From the NCBI GenBank assembly GCA_023230525.1, contig JALNXE010000002.1, positions 8,159 through 72,158 of the forward strand: DNA of 64,000 nt, given 5' to 3'. This stretch comes from Desulfobulbaceae bacterium. GTDB lineage: Bacteria > Desulfobacterota > Desulfobulbia > Desulfobulbales > SURF-16. Below, piece by piece: positions 63,117 through 64,000 of this stretch (its first letter is position 1; each line of letters begins with the position of its first letter). The position numbers and the translations under genes are program-made. Below the pieces are notes generated by a model. It was given only the letters and a program-made list of their open reading frames with translations. It made no database searches and was not told the origin of the DNA.

Positions 63117-64000
63117 ATGACAACCCCCAAGCTTTTCTTTTTGTTCTTTCTGGCCGTCTCCGTCTTGAGCCTCTGCAATGGATGTGCGTCCTTGCCGAAC
63201 GTTTCCGAGGTAATTGATGATGCGCCGACCGCCCAGAAACCTCGTCAAATCGTTTCGTCCAAAGGATTGTTATCTCCCCAAAAAAGCAAAGCCATCATGG
63301 AGCGGCTGAAGCGATCGGTCGACCAGACGGACATCCTGGAACGCTATACTGCCGTGGTGGAATCGGTCACCGAAAGCCCGCTGACCAAAGGGAACAAAGT
63401 CACGCTCCTCGCCGATGGCCCGGCTACCTATGCCGCGATGTTCGAAGCCATGGGGAATGCCAAAGAACATATCAACCTTGAAACCTTTATCCTTGAAGAT
63501 GATGAAGTTGGGCGCAAATTTACCGAACTGCTGTTGCGAAAACAGGCGGAAGGTGTCCAGGTAAATATCATTTACGACAGCGTGGGAAGCATAAAAACGC
63601 CTGAATCCTTTTTCAAGCGCTTGCGGGACGGAGGGATTCAAGTGGTCGAATTCAATCCGGTAAATCCGCTGAAGGACAACGGGGAATGGTTTCTGATCCA
63701 CCCGGATCACCGCAAGATTCTGATCGTTGACGGTAGAGTCGCCATGCTCGGAGGTATCAACATCAGCAAGGTTTATTCGGGAGGGCTTTCCGGAAGGAAA
63801 AAAGTAAAAGGAGAGCCGCTGCCCTGGCGTGACACAGATATTCAAATTGAAGGACCCGCGGTGGCTGAAGTCCAAAAACTTTTTCTTGAAACCTGGTCGA
63901 AACAGGAAGGACCGCAACTCGCCGAAGACAACTATTTACCTGATCAGAAGGAATACGGAAAGGCTCTGGTGCGGGTGGTCGGCAGCACGCCGGGGCAGAG
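63117..64000 (+). CDS. Phospholipase D / cardiolipin synthase-family lipoprotein (partial, runs off the window)
   Basis: Hand translation: 'MTTPKLFFLFFLAVSVLSLCNGCAS' signal/lipobox-like, then '...LLADGPATYAAMFEAMGNAKEHINLETFI...' and HKD motif 'HRKILIVDGRVAMLGGINIS'. Missing from the ORF track because there is no stop codon within the window. Confidence 0.8.
   Translation, partial: MTTPKLFFLFFLAVSVLSLCNGCASLPNVSEVIDDAPTAQKPRQIVSSKGLLSPQKSKAIMERLKRSVDQTDILERYTAVVESVTESPLTKGNKVTLLADGPATYAAMFEAMGNAKEHINLETFILEDDEVGRKFTELLLRKQAEGVQVNIIYDSVGSIKTPESFFKRLRDGGIQVVEFNPVNPLKDNGEWFLIHPDHRKILIVDGRVAMLGGINISKVYSGGLSGRKKVKGEPLPWRDTDIQIEGPAVAEVQKLFLETWSKQEGPQLAEDNYLPDQKEYGKALVRVVGSTPGQ

Overview
The window is a high-GC chromosomal segment. 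Its gene content suggests a Desulfobacterota-like (deltaproteobacterial) anaerobe: many c-type cytochromes, PEP-CTERM, flagella and a probable selenoprotein. That taxonomic guess is inference only. All calls come from reading the ORF track and the sequence by eye, with no searches run.

Gene content, left to right:
- 311-6060: two tandem ~930-aa cytoplasmic-looking zinc metallopeptidases (M36/M4-like and HAD+M1-like) that share a C-terminal module.
- 6079-9890: a cytochrome bd-like membrane module carrying five CXXCH haems.
- 11156-19932: a defence island holding type I R-M hsdM-hsdS-[vapBC-like]-hsdR, radC and a HepT/MntA pair.
- 20221-25251: tatD, a B12-radical SAM gene, a PEP-CTERM protein, and an ECF sigma with a putative anti-sigma.
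- 25489-33995 and 42175-43557: oversized flagellar genes flgL, flgK and flgD, a divergent giant flgE, and fliD further on.
- 34118-41631: an aminotransferase and DOPA-dioxygenase pair, a low-GC single-gene islet (SEC-C motif protein), ilvBN with a Val-rich leader-peptide attenuator, and a PBP5-type carboxypeptidase.
- 44002-49198: an EF-hand protein, a CpxAR-like two-component system, and an S8 protease with Cys-rich repeats.
- 49496-56474: a DUF2339/DUF3999-like pair (the second frameshifted), an orphan EncFtn-like ferritin, and an LTA-synthase-like sulfatase.
- 61105-64000: a two-gene unknown operon and a partial PLD-family lipoprotein.

The most novel candidate is the 56868-61048 locus. It encodes an HdrD-like Fe-S/CCG domain fused to a TVP38/DedA membrane domain, a membrane protein, a Cys-rich exported protein, and a MerB-like lyase. 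The MerB-like gene has an in-frame UGA at the active-site Cys pair plus a SECIS-like hairpin, so it is a probable selenoprotein.

Several small hairpin and inverted-repeat families populate the intergenic regions. No rRNA, tRNA or CRISPR array was seen.
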